Assembly (NCBI RefSeq): GCF_009914755.1
Contig: NC_060928.1
Reading direction: 5' to 3' (one strand)
From: the human T2T-CHM13v2.0 reference genome, Homo sapiens
DNA length: 64,000 nucleotides
Of this stretch, positions 38,701 to 53,605 are shown in pieces. The translations under genes and the position numbers were made by a program. Numbering within the stretch: the stretch's first letter is position 1; each line of letters opens with the position of its first letter. Below the pieces are notes generated by a model, which searched no databases, was not told where the DNA came from, and saw nothing but the letters and a program-made list of their open reading frames with translations.

Positions 38701-39810
38701 AACAAAATAAAGAATAAAAATCATATGATCATCTCAATAGAGCCAAAAAAAGTTGACAAAATTTAACATCCTTTCATGACAAAAATTCTAAAAAAAAAAA
38801 TACAGAAGAAATGAACCTCAACACAATAAAAGCCATATATGACAAGCCCATGGCTAACATTAATCTCAATGATGAAAAGCTGACAGCTTCCTTCTTTAAG
38901 ACCAGGAACAAGACAAGGATGGCCACTCTCACCACTTTTATTCAATATAGTACTGGAAGTCTTAGCCAGATAAGTTAGGCAAGAAAAAGAAATAAATGTC
39001 ATCCAAATCAGAAAGGAAGAAGGAAAATTGTCTCTCTTTGCAGATGACATAATTTTATGTATAGAAAATTCTTAATCTAAACCAAAATCCTTTATTTAAA
39101 CCAAGTATTTAAATACTGTTTAAAGTAATAAGCAAACTCAGTAAAGTTTTGGTATACAAAATCAACATACAAAAATCTGTTGTATTTGTATAGGCTAACA
39201 ATGAACTGTCCAAAAAGGAAGTAAAGAAAACTATCTCATTTACAATAGCATCAAAAAGAATAAAATATGAATAAATTTAAGAAAAGATATGAAAAATCTG
39301 TATACTAAAAACTATAAGATAGTAATGAAATAAATTAAAGAAGACACAAAAAACATTTTATATTCATTGATTGGAAGAATTAATGTTGTTAAAATTTTCA
39401 TTCCAGAAATCTCTATCAAAATCCCAATGATATGTGTCAAAGAAATAGAAAAAATACTCCTAAACTTTGTACAGAACTACAAAAGACTCCAAACAGCCAA
39501 AGCAACCTTGAACAGAAGAAAAAAAAAATTGTAAGTATCACACACCCTGATACCAAATTATATGACAAAGTCATAGTAATCAAAACACTATGGTCCTGGC
39601 ATAAAGTCAGACATGTAGAGCAATGGACATGAATAGAGAGCCCAGAAATAAAACTGTACATATATGGTCAAGTAATTTTCAACAAATGTACCAAAAATAC
39701 ACAATAAGGAAGAGATAGTCCCATTAATAAATGGTGTGGGGAAACTGGAGATCCACACAGGAAAATTAAATTAGACCTAATCTTACCCTATACACAAAAA
39801 TCTACTCAAA

Positions 39811-39881
39811 ACATATGTAACAAACCTGTACATTGTGCACGTGTACCCTAGAACTTAAAGTATATATATATATATATAAAA
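39811..39881 (+). mobile_element. Very short L1PA 3'-terminal fragment within the older L1
   Basis: acatatgtaacaaacctgtacattgtgcacgtgtaccctagaacttaaagtata followed by (TA)n/A tail. Confidence 0.88.
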
Positions 39882-41449
39882 GAGAGATTAAAGGCTGGAA
39901 CCATAAAACACCTAGAAGAAAATAAGTAAAGCACAGGCAACAAAAGCAAAATAAACAAGTAAGAGTACATCAAACTAAAAGGTTCCTGCATAGCAAAGGA
40001 AACAATAAACAAAATTAAAACACAGTTTACAGAATGGGAAAAAATATTTGCAAACCATATGTCTGATAAAGGTTTAATATCCAAAATAAATAAGAAATTC
40101 CTACAACTCAACAGCAAAAGCAACATCAACAACAAATTAACCCAATTAGAAAATGGGCAAGAGACCTGAATAGATATTTTTCCAAAGACAACATACAAAT
40201 GGATAATAGGCATAGGAAAAAATGTTCAACATCACTAATTATTAGGGAAATGTAAATTAAATCAAAGTGAGATACCACCTCAAATCTGTTAGAATGGACA
40301 TTATCAAAAAGACAAGGGAAAACAAGTGTCAGTGAGAATGTGGAGAAAAGGAAACCCTTGTACACTGCTGGTGGAAATGTAAATAGGTACAGCCTTTATG
40401 GAAAACAGTATGGAGAGTTCTAAAAAAACATAAAACTAAAAATACCATGTAATCCAGTACTTCAACTACAACTAGTCTATATGCAAAGGAAATAAAATCA
40501 GTGTGTCAAATGTTTACTGCAGTACTATTCACAATAGGCAAGATGTGGAAATCACCTCAGTGTCCATCAGTGGATGAATGAATAAAGAAAATGTGGTAAA
40601 AATTCAAAATTAAATACTATTCAGCCTTAAAAAAAAAGAAAGAAAATCTTGCCATTTGCAAAAATGTGGATGAACTTGGAGGCCATTATGCTAAATGAAA
40701 TAAGCCACACACCGAAAGCCAAATATTGCATGATCACATTTACACAAAACCTAAAAAATAGTTGAACTTATCTTAACAAAGAGTATAGTGGTAGTTACTG
40801 GGAGAAGAAGGGCGACAAAGGAAGGGAGATGTTAGTCAAAGGGTGCAAACTTTTGGTTATAAGAAGAATAAGTTCTGGAGACCTAATGTACATGGTGACT
40901 ACAGTTAATAAAAATATTTTATATACTTGAAATTTGCACAGAGAGTAAATATCAAGTGTTCTCACCACACACACAAGAAATGTAACTACATGAGGTGATG
41001 GATATGTTCATTAGATTGATTATGGTAATTATTTAACAATGTATACATATATAAAAATGTCATGGCATAAAATATCTTAAATACATACAATTTTTATTTG
41101 TCAGTCACAAGTCAATAAAATGGGTGGGGGGAAATCGTAATATTTTCCCGATCATTGGGAAAAGATCAGTTTTATTTGACATTATCAAATAAATTTGTAG
41201 AATACCGCTATTCTGTGGAAACACTGATTAAGAATTTGTTGGAAATATCCAAAACTACACGCAGCAGGTAAAAACATGAAGCCTAATTAACTTAAGAAAA
41301 GTTGATAAGCAAATATATTCTTATTACTACAACCCAAACCCGATGTGCACTTGCACCAAGGCGTAAAGGTAAGAAAAACAATAACCCATGTGTATTAGGA
41401 GACTTCTCTCCTTCTGTGCCTGTAAATCCATTCCCTCCAATATCCACAA

Positions 41450-41615
41450 AAGACTTGAAATTTAGACATTATTATTCTTATTTTGGAAATGAAAAATACA
41501 CACTAAGGTTTATAAATATTAAATAAATTACCCAGAGGCACAGAGCTGGTGAGCAGAGAAGTTGTGAGTTGAACTTACAGGCATCTGATGCAAAGCCCAT
41601 GTGTTTTCTCCAATA
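41450..41615 (-). mobile_element. MIR
   Basis: attttggaaatgaaaaatacacactaagg...ttacccagaggcacagagctggtgag...tctgatgcaaagcccatgtg. Confidence 0.65.
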
Positions 41616-42689
41616 CCTCAGTTTACAATATATACGAGACTAGAAAACTAACAGAATTTGAAATTATCAACTACTTGGACAATTATCTATGCAGATTATT
41701 AAAAGTTTAAAACTCCACGAAAACTTGTTTTAATAGAACAAATAGGATTTTAGAACTATATCATAGAATAAATACCAAGAAGTTCATTATACAGATGTAA
41801 AACTTAGGTCTAGGAAGTCTAAGAAGCTAGTTCAAAGTCATACTGTTGTCAATTTTTTAAATATGTGCATTTATGAATGCATTTATTCAACAACTAAGTC
41901 ATTGGAGAATGTTTGAGCATGGACAGTGCTCAAAATGGCTGCTATTTTATACTCAGTTGAAGCACAGGAATACATAAGGAATGATCCGAGACTTTAGGAA
42001 TTTTGTAGCCTGTTAAAGTAGACGGGTACATAAATATATAATGATAATATCATGTAATATAATACTTATGGTAGAGCATCCCTTTGTATATTTTCCTAGG
42101 CTGCCTTTACCACTTTTCAATATCTTGTCCTCCCATTTTCCATATCCCAGAGCTCTCGGAAGTATCTAAACACTGGAAATGTAGACTACCACAAAGTTAA
42201 TTTCATACATTTAATCAGCATAGCACCACTGCAGTGGAATTTTATAATATTATCTGTATTCTTCTTTCCTCTGCTTCTGATAATTGCCGCTTTCCAAAAC
42301 CTATGTCGTTCTCGTGGAAGTTGTGAGTTATTCCACCACCCTATCTACATCTACTTCCTACTATAGCTGTTTTGATCAAGTATGGGCGCATGATGCAAAT
42401 GAGTTCAACAAGAATCTTCACCAGGGTTTTTGGTCTTGCGACCAGAAACATCAAGGATACTCTCTCTGCTGGGCAAGTAGTGTAAGATATAAATCTCAGA
42501 GTCCATCAGCAGCACACTGCCAGCCTTGGAAAGAGGGACAATCTATATCTATAGTCTCCTATGTCCCAATGCCTTTGAGCCAACTCTTTGGCTCAAAGTC
42601 ATCATTTCCCAGTACTCATGGTTGCAGTAAATAATACTATAACTCACTGAGGAATATAAGCTGGATACTTAGCATTGCTCTTAGGCCCC

Positions 42690-43725
<1,036 letters not shown>

Positions 43726-43883
43726 TATTTTATGTTATGAGCCTCAATTAGTTCTATATAACTTGTTCTGGTGACTATAGAAAATTACAGGTACTTTAAA
43801 TAGATTGAAAATGTAAACTAAATTTCTTAAAATGAGTCATTCTGTAAAGAGACAACTCTACCATGCTTTTAAAAAATCTATGC

Positions 43884-44315
43884 GAAGACTTGGAACCAAC
43901 CGAAATGCCCATCAATGATAGACTGGATAAAGAAAATGTGGCACATATATGCCATGGAATATTATGCAGCCATAAAAGATGGATGAGATCATGTCCTTTG
44001 GAGGGACATGGATGAAGCTGGAAACGATCATTCTCAGCAAACTAACAGAGGAACAGAAAACCAAACACCTCATGTTCTCACTCATAAGTGGGAGTTGTCC
44101 AGTGAGAACACATGGACACAGGGAGGGGAACATCATACACTGAGGCCTGTCAGGGGTAGGGTGGGGGGCTAGGGGAGGGATAGCATTAGGAGAAATACCT
44201 AATGTAGATGATGGGTTGATGGGTGCAGCAAACCACCATGGCACGTGTATACATATGTAACAAACCTACACATTCTGCACATGTATCCTAGAACTTAAAG
44301 TATAATAATAATGTA
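43884..44315 (+). mobile_element. L1PA7-like 5'-truncated 3' end
   Basis: ggggagggatagcattaggagaaatacctaatgtagatgatgggttgatgggtgcagcaaaccaccatggcac; TSD ~aa(a/g)aaatc(t/a)atgc. Confidence 0.92.
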
Positions 44316-44330
44316 AAGAAATCAATGCAA

Positions 44331-45096
44331 ATTTTTGAGAAATCTCCATATTGCTTTCCATAGTTGCTGAACTAGTTCACATTCCCACCAACAGCGTATA
44401 AGCCTTCCCTTTCCTCCACAGTCTTGCCAGCATCTGTTGTTTTTTGACTTTTTAATCATAGCCATTCTGCCTGGTGTGAGGTGGTATCTCACTGCAGTTT
44501 GATTTGCATTTATCTGATAATCAGTGATATTAAGCATTTTTTCATATGTTTGTTGGCTGCTTGGATGTCTTCTTTTTAGAAGTGTCTTTTTTTGTCCTAT
44601 TTTTATTTTTCCAGCAATCCCGTTACTAGGTATATCCGAAAGGAAAACAGATTATACCGAAAAGAAACATTCATTTGTATATTAATCACTGCACTATTCA
44701 CAATAGCAAAGACGTGGAATCAACCTAGATGCCCATCAATGGTGGATTGAATAAAGAAAATGTGGTGCAGATATACCATGGAATACTATGCAGCCATTAA
44801 AAAGAATAAAATCATGTCCTTTGCAGCAACATGGAGGGAGTTGGAGGACATAATACCATGTGAATTAACACAGGAACAAAAAATCAAATATTGCATGTTC
44901 TCACTTATAAGAGGGAGCTAAGCATTGAGCACACACAGACATAAACATGGGAACAACAGACACTGGGGACTACCAGAAGTGGGGGCATGAGCTGAAAAAT
45001 TACCTATTGGATATTATGCTCATTACCTGGGTCCAATATAACTATGTAACAATCCTACATGTGTACCCTCTGTATCTAAAATTAAAGCTTAAGTTG
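44331..45096 (+). mobile_element. Older L1P (L1PA16/L1PB-like) with 5' inversion (inverted part 44331-~44605)
   Basis: Minus part tttttgagaaatctcca...; plus part resumes ccagcaatccc...gtgtaccctctgtatctaaaatt. Confidence 0.85.
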
Positions 45097-46089
45097 AAAA
45101 AACATCTATGCAATTCCCCTCCTACAAATATTTTCTTTGTGCCAATTCTGGCCTTGCTAACTCTGAAATCACAGGTTATTCTAGTGAGCACCAATGTCAA
45201 GGAATCTCTTGTAGAAATCATCTTTACTTCTCCAGATTCTGGATTCTATTCAACTCAACAAACTTTTGTACATCCTTGGCACTTTGATAAGTATAGGGGA
45301 CTGAAAGATGAGTAAGTCCTGAACCTAGTCATCAATATGTTCAGAATCAGTAGTGCTCCAAGTGACCACTCTTGCAGGCTCCTCCTTCAGCCAGTTGCCT
45401 CCATTCCAGGCATGTTACTGTCTCATAAAAGCTATAATTAAAAGGTGCTTTTGACAAGAGTGTTTCACATAGGAACTTACCCAACACCGGAACAGTGTTT
45501 GGCAAAAAAATTTAATGTATGACCTAGATAATTTCTCTAAGTTTTCCTTAAAGAGCATTAGACATTCTTTGATCATGATTGAGCAATGTATGAATCCAAG
45601 GAACCATCCTTGCACTTCATACACAAAATAAACAGTTAAAATGACTCCTATGGAAAGCTATTTGGCAAGGGACAAATGCTTGCCTTTACTATTACTTTAA
45701 AGTGTCTATCAGTAGACCCTAATACCACATCTGTCTCATAGCCATCATTGAAGACATCTTTATTGAATAAATATATGGAGAAATCAATGGGCGAATGGAT
45801 ACAAATTTTATTAGAAGGTATTGACGTGTCTACTGAGGGAAGACTGCTAAGAAGAAGGAGTAGAGGTGCAGGATGCCTGGTGTGGCAGAAAAAGCACTGA
45901 ACTGAAAGTCTAGAGAATTTCACACCAGTGCTGGCTTTGCTGCTAATATGATGTGTATGACCTTAGGGAGCAGTCAGCTTCTCCAGGCCTCAAGTTTTCT
46001 TCTGAAATGAAAGAGTTAGGTTTAGATATCCAAAACTCAGCTTTAAAAACAGCTCTTGCCTTCCACAATGTATAATGTTATTACTATAG

Positions 46090-46519
46090 TGTTAAAAGAA
46101 AAACGTCAGCTGAATTAAATTTAAACAAGTTTAATTGAGCAATGAGCGATTCATGAACCGGGCAGCCCCCTGAATCACAGCAGACTCAGAGAGACTCCAG
46201 GGATGCCCCATAGTCAGAACAAATTTATAGACAAAAAAGGGAAGTGGCGTACAGAAATCAGAAGTGAGGTACAGAAACAGCTGGATTGGTTACAGGTTGG
46301 CATTTGCCTTATTGAACACAGCTTGAACACTTAGCAGTGTATGAGTGGCTGAAGTATGGCTTCTGGGATTGGCCAAGACTCAGCTATTGTTACAGGCACA
46401 CACTCCTAAGTTAGGTTTTCAACCCTGTCTTCCTATTAAGTTGGGTTACAATTCATTCACAAGTACTCAAATATAGAAGTACAGAGTCCTGCTCAGGCCA
46501 TATTTACTTTGCTTTAACA
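46090..46519 (-). mobile_element. MER57-like ERV1 solo LTR
   Basis: tgttaaaagaaaaac...aaatttaaacaagtttaattgagc...gctggattggttaca...ctcaggccatattta...tttaaca; TG..CA ends. Confidence 0.85.
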
Positions 46520-47691
46520 AGCGGTTCCATTCTGGTTGTCTCATAATCCATATGCCACAATTCCCAGCCCATTCAATAAGTAGAAATATATATGCAACAA
46601 TTAAATTTCAGATTATAAAAAAGATTTTTAAACTATTTTTGAAATAGTTGGTGTTATGATGTCATAAACACTGCAGAAAAAAGACAAAATCAGAAAATGC
46701 TGTTGATCACTGGACTCTTTCTCAACATTGAAAGCAAACGTGGCTGGGGCAAAGTGTGCCAGAGACTCAGAAACTTGCTTGAAGCATTACTTCAATATTA
46801 CGGGGAAGTCAGCTGGTAAACCACAGCACAGAGTACTGCTGATACTCTCAAGAATAATAAGTTCTTCTAACTGATAGTAGTGAACAGTTTGGGTTTGTTT
46901 GTTTATTTTTTGCAGTTGGCTGAAAGCATTTCCTTTTTGAAATAGCTCAAAAGCTACCATGATAGAAAGTTTGTAGATCAGGGGGCAATTCTTGGAATCT
47001 AAGAGAATTCTGACTTTGATTGTCGAAGTGCACTAGAGTGGAAAGATCAAGTTTTCTTTCTACTAAAAAAGAGTGCACTGAATGCTATTTGAATGGCCTT
47101 GTTTTTTAGGAAATGGTCCTGTCATTCAGGTTGAAAGATGAGATTGCTTGACTAATTATGTTTTCTTTTGCAAAACTACCTAAACTACCTCACCATCCAT
47201 TATGCTAAAGCCTTAATGAGTTATTTCTAGAAAAGGCATACCACATACAGTCATCATCATAAAAGCATTTAATGAATAAATTCAGAGCAAGGATGCCAGC
47301 TCCAATGCCATCTTCTCCAGTGGGCCTTCTTATTGGTAGAATTAATCTCTTCTTTTAAGTGCTATCAGGACTCATTGATTTTACTTTCAAGTTAAAAAAA
47401 ATTACCCTGGGAGAAGACCATAGATCACATGGAGGTGGCATGTCAAGTCGTTATTTTTTATATTAAGAGGAGGAAATATGAGTATTATCCCACAACAGAC
47501 AAAATAGACTCACATTTATAAAACTGATTTCAGATACTGATAGTATATGAAATACAAGACTGTTCTGTAATTTTTAAACTGTAGTATATTGGGGTATTGT
47601 GTTGGGATCTTTATATGATTTGGGGAGGGAGGACAGTTATGTTCTCTTCCATCTTCACCTTCATCCTATCTCTCAATCTACTTGAATACTA

Positions 47692-48258
47692 TTTTTATTC
47701 TTTTTTTAACAGGTATATTGAGGCGTATTTTACATACAATAAAATCCACCCAATTCATATGTACAATTTAATAATTTTTTAGTTAATTTATTAAGTGGTG
47801 CAGCCATTATCATAAATCAGCTTTAGGACATTTTCATCCCCAATAAGATCTTTCACACCCAACTACAATAATCCCCAACCCAGCCCTAGCCCCAGGCAAA
47901 AACTAGTCTACTTTATGTCTCTATAAATTTTCCTTTTGGAGACATTTTATATAAATGGAATCACATAATATGTAGTTTCTCATGTCTGGCTTCTTTCATT
48001 TAACATAATGTTTTTGAGTTTCATCCATAATATAATGTGCATCAGTAGTTCATTCCTTTTTATTCCATTACATGGCAATAACACATTTGTCTGTCTACTT
48101 ACCAGTCAATGGGCATTGCACTGCTCCTAGTTTAAGGGCTATTATAAATAAAATTGCTATGAACACTCAAATCTGTGTGCAGATATATGTTTTCTTTCCT
48201 CTTGGGTACGGAAATGGACCCAAAAAGGAGAAGAGAAATTGCTGGTCTGTTTAATGTT
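47692..48258 (-). mobile_element. L1MB/L1ME-type 3' end fragment
   Basis: attgaggcgtattttacatacaataaaatccacccaatt...ataaatggaatcacataatatgtag...gtagttcattcctttttatt. Confidence 0.82.
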
Positions 48259-49272
48259 TTTATTCAATCCTTCCATACTAATTAATTCATTGGCTATATA
48301 AGGCAGTTGTGCCCTATGGAAGAATATTACACGAGTGAAGTTTACTGTCTTATGAGAGAAATAAAACATGCACATAGAAAGGTATAAAGTGGTGTCCTAG
48401 AGAGGTAGATTTTGGAGGAGGGAGATACTGGATTTAGTAGAAAAACAGGAAGCTTTCCTGGATGAAGTAGTGTAGTGCTGGGGCCTTGAAGAATAAATAG
48501 GAGTTCAATAGCTGGACATTTTTGATGCAGGTCACTTTCTGCTAAATCCTTAGTGTTGTTCTTATCTATAAAAGCAAGAAAGACGGTCACATGGATTTGA
48601 GGACTTATGGGCTCCAGGGCTGGCTCAGTCTCTCTTTACAGTGTGTCTAAATTATCTGGGCCTTGATTTTCTCATTTGAAAGAATAATCATCCCATTCCT
48701 CTGGATCCTTTTCTTGACTTCCCCCTAATTTGTCACAGGGCTTGAGAAAAAAAGTGCTTAAGGTATTGGATGTAAAGGGCTTCTCTTTAAGTGAATGTCT
48801 TTCTCCAAATTTAAACCCAATGCTTTGTAGAAATGTGTTGATATGAAAAGACTCTAGAAAGAGGTCTTCCATATGTAAGCTGATATCAGTAAGCTGAGCC
48901 ATGTATATTTTAGAATACCTGAGTGGGCCCTACCTGATTTTGAAAAAGTTTATCTCTAACCTAGACAACAGGTATTCTTCTCCTCCTCAATTAGTTTAAT
49001 CAAACCACACTGACCTTTCTGTTAATACCCCTTCAAAGCCTCTGAATTTACCATTCCCTCTGCTATGAATGTTTTTTTTCCTCCCCATCATCCAAAAAGG
49101 TAGCATCTTTTTATTACCCGGAATTTACCTCTATAGCCACACTCTGATGGAAACTTTCATTGACTAGGTAACACAGCGACAATGATGTATGTAGTGGACC
49201 TGAAATGTAGTGGTCACTCAATACACATTAGCTAGAACTGACCATCAATATTAGTTATATTGCTATTTATAC

Positions 49273-49690
49273 TGTATTAGTTTGCTATGGCTGCTGTAAC
49301 GAAGTACCACAAACTGGATGACTTATACAACAGAAATTTATCATCTCACAGTTCTAGAGGCTAGAGGTCCAAAGTCAACGTGTCCACAGGGTTGATTCCT
49401 TCTGAAGGCTGGGACAGAAACATCTGTTTCTGGACTCCCTTCTTGGCTTGTAGATGGCCATCTTCTCCCGATTTGTCTTTGTGTTGTCTTCCCTTCATGT
49501 GTTTCTCTGTGTCCAAATTTTCTCTTTTTATAAGGACAATAGTCATGTTGGATTATGGCCCACCCTAATGACCTCTTTTTAATTTGATTACTTCTGCAAA
49601 GATCCTATTCTAAATGATGTCACATTCTGAGGAATGGGGAGATGCACTTCGACTGGTGAGTTTTGGGAAGATGAAATGTAACCAATAGCA
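49273..49690 (-). mobile_element. MLT1B MaLR solo LTR
   Basis: tgtattagtttgctatggctgctgtaacgaagtaccacaaactgg...tataaggacaatagtcatgttggatta...cacattctgagg. Confidence 0.9.
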
Positions 49691-50349
49691 AACATTATTA
49701 TTTAAACTGCTGTTAAAAAGAAGTTGTTCCAAAAGGAAATTGTTCTTGGAGGAACATCAATGTAGACTCTAGTTCGATGACTCTGGGCAAAAAGCAGACA
49801 ATTGCATTAGAAGTCTAGCCCATGGGACAAAATGTTGCATTTATATGCCATTCGACTGGTCTACAATGCTTTGCAATGAGGCATGTCACCATCTTAATGA
49901 AGCAGGCATTTTCCTAGGCATTCAGGCTAGCCAATTAATCCAGGCACTCAATAAGAAAACACATAACCCACCCAGGCCACTTTCCCATATACTATGTAAA
50001 GTCAAGAACACATTTAGAATCTATGCACACTGACTATGTAAACACTAAACAAATCAAAAAGGATGGAGGCAAGGGTAATACAGTTACCTTAAGGAGGAGG
50101 TTAAACCAACATGTTTCTCTATTTTATTATTTACTTGGCATTTTTAGGCTTATCTGCTTTTTCATAAATGAAGGTTGATACACATATAAAACAGCTGTTT
50201 TTGCTGCACCATTTAAAATGAATTCTTTTTTCCCAATCTGTTGATAGAAGACAATTAAAAGAAGATGAGAATTTCACTTTTTGACAAGCAAGACCTCTTA
50301 AACTTAAATGATTACTTGCTCATAGTAAAGTGTGATTTTTAAAGTATAG

Positions 50350-50719
<370 letters not shown>

Positions 50720-51918
50720 TAGAACAAGGGCTCCTTTAAAGTTGAAGAAACTGATAAAACAGAAGGATTAAGTGATGTGTCTCAGGTCACAGGGCACTTT
50801 AGGCAGCCATGTAAGGACTGAGTTGGGGATTCTTGGGTCCTTTCCTATAGATTGTGCTCCCTAAGGCCTAGGAAAGGGTCCATGGAGGAACTTGAGAAAA
50901 GGGCACGAGTATTCTATTTTAACACCAGTCTTTGTCACGTGAAATATTTATAGGTAAAGTGTTTTTTCGGGTCGCTCAGGGGTAGAATGGGTAAACATTA
51001 CCTGACGTTCAAGTACGTATTACTACTAGTCCAGGAATCTAGACATTAAACTTGCCTTCCTTTGTGACTTTCCAGGTACACTGCCATTCTGGGGATGCGT
51101 ATATGTGTATGTATCTGTATGTGCAGAAGTGATCACTGGTAAGGTAGAAATTGAGGATAAAGAGAAGGTAATGTATCCCATAATGATGGCAGTACCAACA
51201 TCTCAGGGAGAAAATGCTGATCCAGGTTTTAGACTTGTACTGCTTTGGCCCCAGGAAGATATGGAAAATGTGAAAACCCCATATGGAATTTGTAGAGACA
51301 TTTTGCAGAAAATCATGATCAGGATCAAGAGAGATGAAAGTTTCATCAGAGGTTCCTGCCAGCGCACCTCATTGAGGACACATGGAAATAGACCAAAGCA
51401 GCCTGTCAGGTTGCTCAGCCAGGGAATATATTTTTTAAAAAATATGTTCATCATTTATCTTGGTAATTACAATCCAAGACTGTAATACATTATAAATGTT
51501 AGAAACCTAAGACATTGGAGAGGAACAGAGAATATGTGAATATGTTTTTTTTTTAAGTTACATAACTTAAGAGTTGAGCTTCTTGAGGTCAAATGCACTA
51601 TAACATCAAAGGGAGCCAACATGGGAAATTTGTACTCTGTTTCCAACTTTTTCTAGGCTAAAGCTCAGCTGCTACAGCACACCCTCAGCTGCTTGTTCTT
51701 TCTTTACAGTTTGCTAGAGTATGTGTCAGGTAAGAGACTGTATAACATAAATATCAGCAAGTAAGAGAGGTTCTTCCAAATCACAATATACCAACATTTT
51801 ATCAAGGAAGTCAATTAGCTTTTCTAAATCTCAGTGTCCCTGATTAAGCAATCTAATTAGAAAAAAAAAACCCACAGTTACTACAATATAAGCCTTCAGA
51901 TTTATTAAAAGTAAGATA

Positions 51919-52169
51919 TTTTATTTACTTATTTATTTATTTTGAGACGGAGTTTCACTCTTATCGCCCAGGCTGGAGTGCAGTGGCATGATCTCGGCTC
52001 ACTGCAACCTCTGCCTCCTGGTTCAAGCGATTCTCCCGTTTCAGCCTCCTGAGTAGCTGGGATTAGAGGCATCCATCACCATGCCTGGCTAATTTTTGTA
52101 TTTTTAGTAGAGACGGGGTTTTGCCATGTTGGCCAGGCTGGTCTCAAACTCCTGACCTTAGGCGATCCA
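51919..52169 (-). mobile_element. AluS lacking ~55 nt of its 5' end
   Basis: Alu stops abruptly at ...gaccttaggcgatcca; no matching TSD seen. Confidence 0.92.
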
Positions 52170-52325
52170 TAGAAATGGTGAGTATGAAGTGCTATGAAAG
52201 GAAAAATATTTAACTTTTTCTTGGGCCTGGGGGAATGCAACTCAGACATGAATTTCACCTTGTACCTCAGTTTCCACATGAGTGACATGAGAATACTAAC
52301 AGTACCTATTGTGAGGTCACTGTGA

Positions 52326-52697
<372 letters not shown>

Positions 52698-52759
52698 TAA
52701 ACACTTTGTAATGTTAGCCAAACTCTGACGATATTATTACTAAAGACAAATAACTCCTA

Positions 52760-53075
52760 TTCATCCCTCAAGAATGAGCTCAGGTGCAGTGTCATTCAGA
52801 ACACCTTCTCCTAACCATGGCTACCCAAGTGGAACAGCCCTTCTCCTGTGCCCCCACATCACCCCATGTCTGCTGCGTCGCAGCCTTGCCTGACTTGGTG
52901 GCGATCACACCTGTGTCTCAGGCTTACCCCTGTGTAAGCCCCTAGAGAGTAGAAACTGCATTTTATAATTCCTTGCATCCCAGGACCGAAGTGCAGGCCT
53001 AGTACAAAATAGTTGTTGAATAAAGTTATCCTCAATAAATATTTGTTGAGTAGTACTTGAATGAAATGGTAATGA
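52760..53075 (+). mobile_element. L2 3' end
   Basis: tgtaagcccctagagagtag...ctcaataaatatttgttgag...tgaatgaa. Confidence 0.7.
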
Positions 53076-53605
53076 ATCAAACTGGCTGCTACTGAGAAAA
53101 CTGGGGTGATCCAAAACACTGGTTTAGAAAATCCTAGTTTCCAAAAGGCCACAAAATGCCATTGCTGTAGCTATGTGTTCTCAGTCAACCTACTCTCCCT
53201 ACTCCTCAATCATACCCCTGTGCCAACAAATACTAAATGTAGAGGTTAGTGTCTACTGTCAAAATGATTTAGAAAATCCTGATTTCAAAGTGTTTCAATT
53301 TGTTTTGATTTGATTTGCCTTTATCATAAGATTTATCAGCCTGAGTGTCAGCAGAATGCAAAATTTCCCAAAGACATTGGGCTTGGATGCCATTCTGTTT
53401 GAGAAACAGTCCTTAAAGAAGCATGGTCTCCTGAAAGGCCCACACCTGTATGGATGAGCAAGTCAGTAAGACAAAGGTTCCACCAGGCACAGAGTCTTGA
53501 GGGGGTGCATGACTCCCTCCCCACAAGGAATAGGGTCTTTGGATGAACCAGGGTCACAGGTGAATGACCCTACAAGGCATAAAGGGCTATAAATCATTAA
53601 CAGTT

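Larger units (their letters stand above)
35409..41131 (+). mobile_element. L1MA9-like element: 5'UTR (~35409-36680, split by THE1), ORF1 absent, inter-ORF, decayed ORF2 from ATG 36974, 3'UTR
   Basis: caagat..ggcggag start; MAIISPYQSIVPLNV ORF2 N-terminus; RT motif tttgcagatgacat; 3' end aagttctggagacctaatgtaca...gaggtgatggatatgtt...tcaataaa. Confidence 0.88.

Noticed and set aside
42284-42640. 116-aa ORF or possible exon
   Set aside because: TTG start, no domain; the region resembles a very old ERVL-type LTR but too weakly to annotate
51105-51485. 126-aa ORF in apparently unique sequence
   Set aside because: Non-ATG start and no recognisable domain; part of it may be a decayed CR1/L3-like fragment
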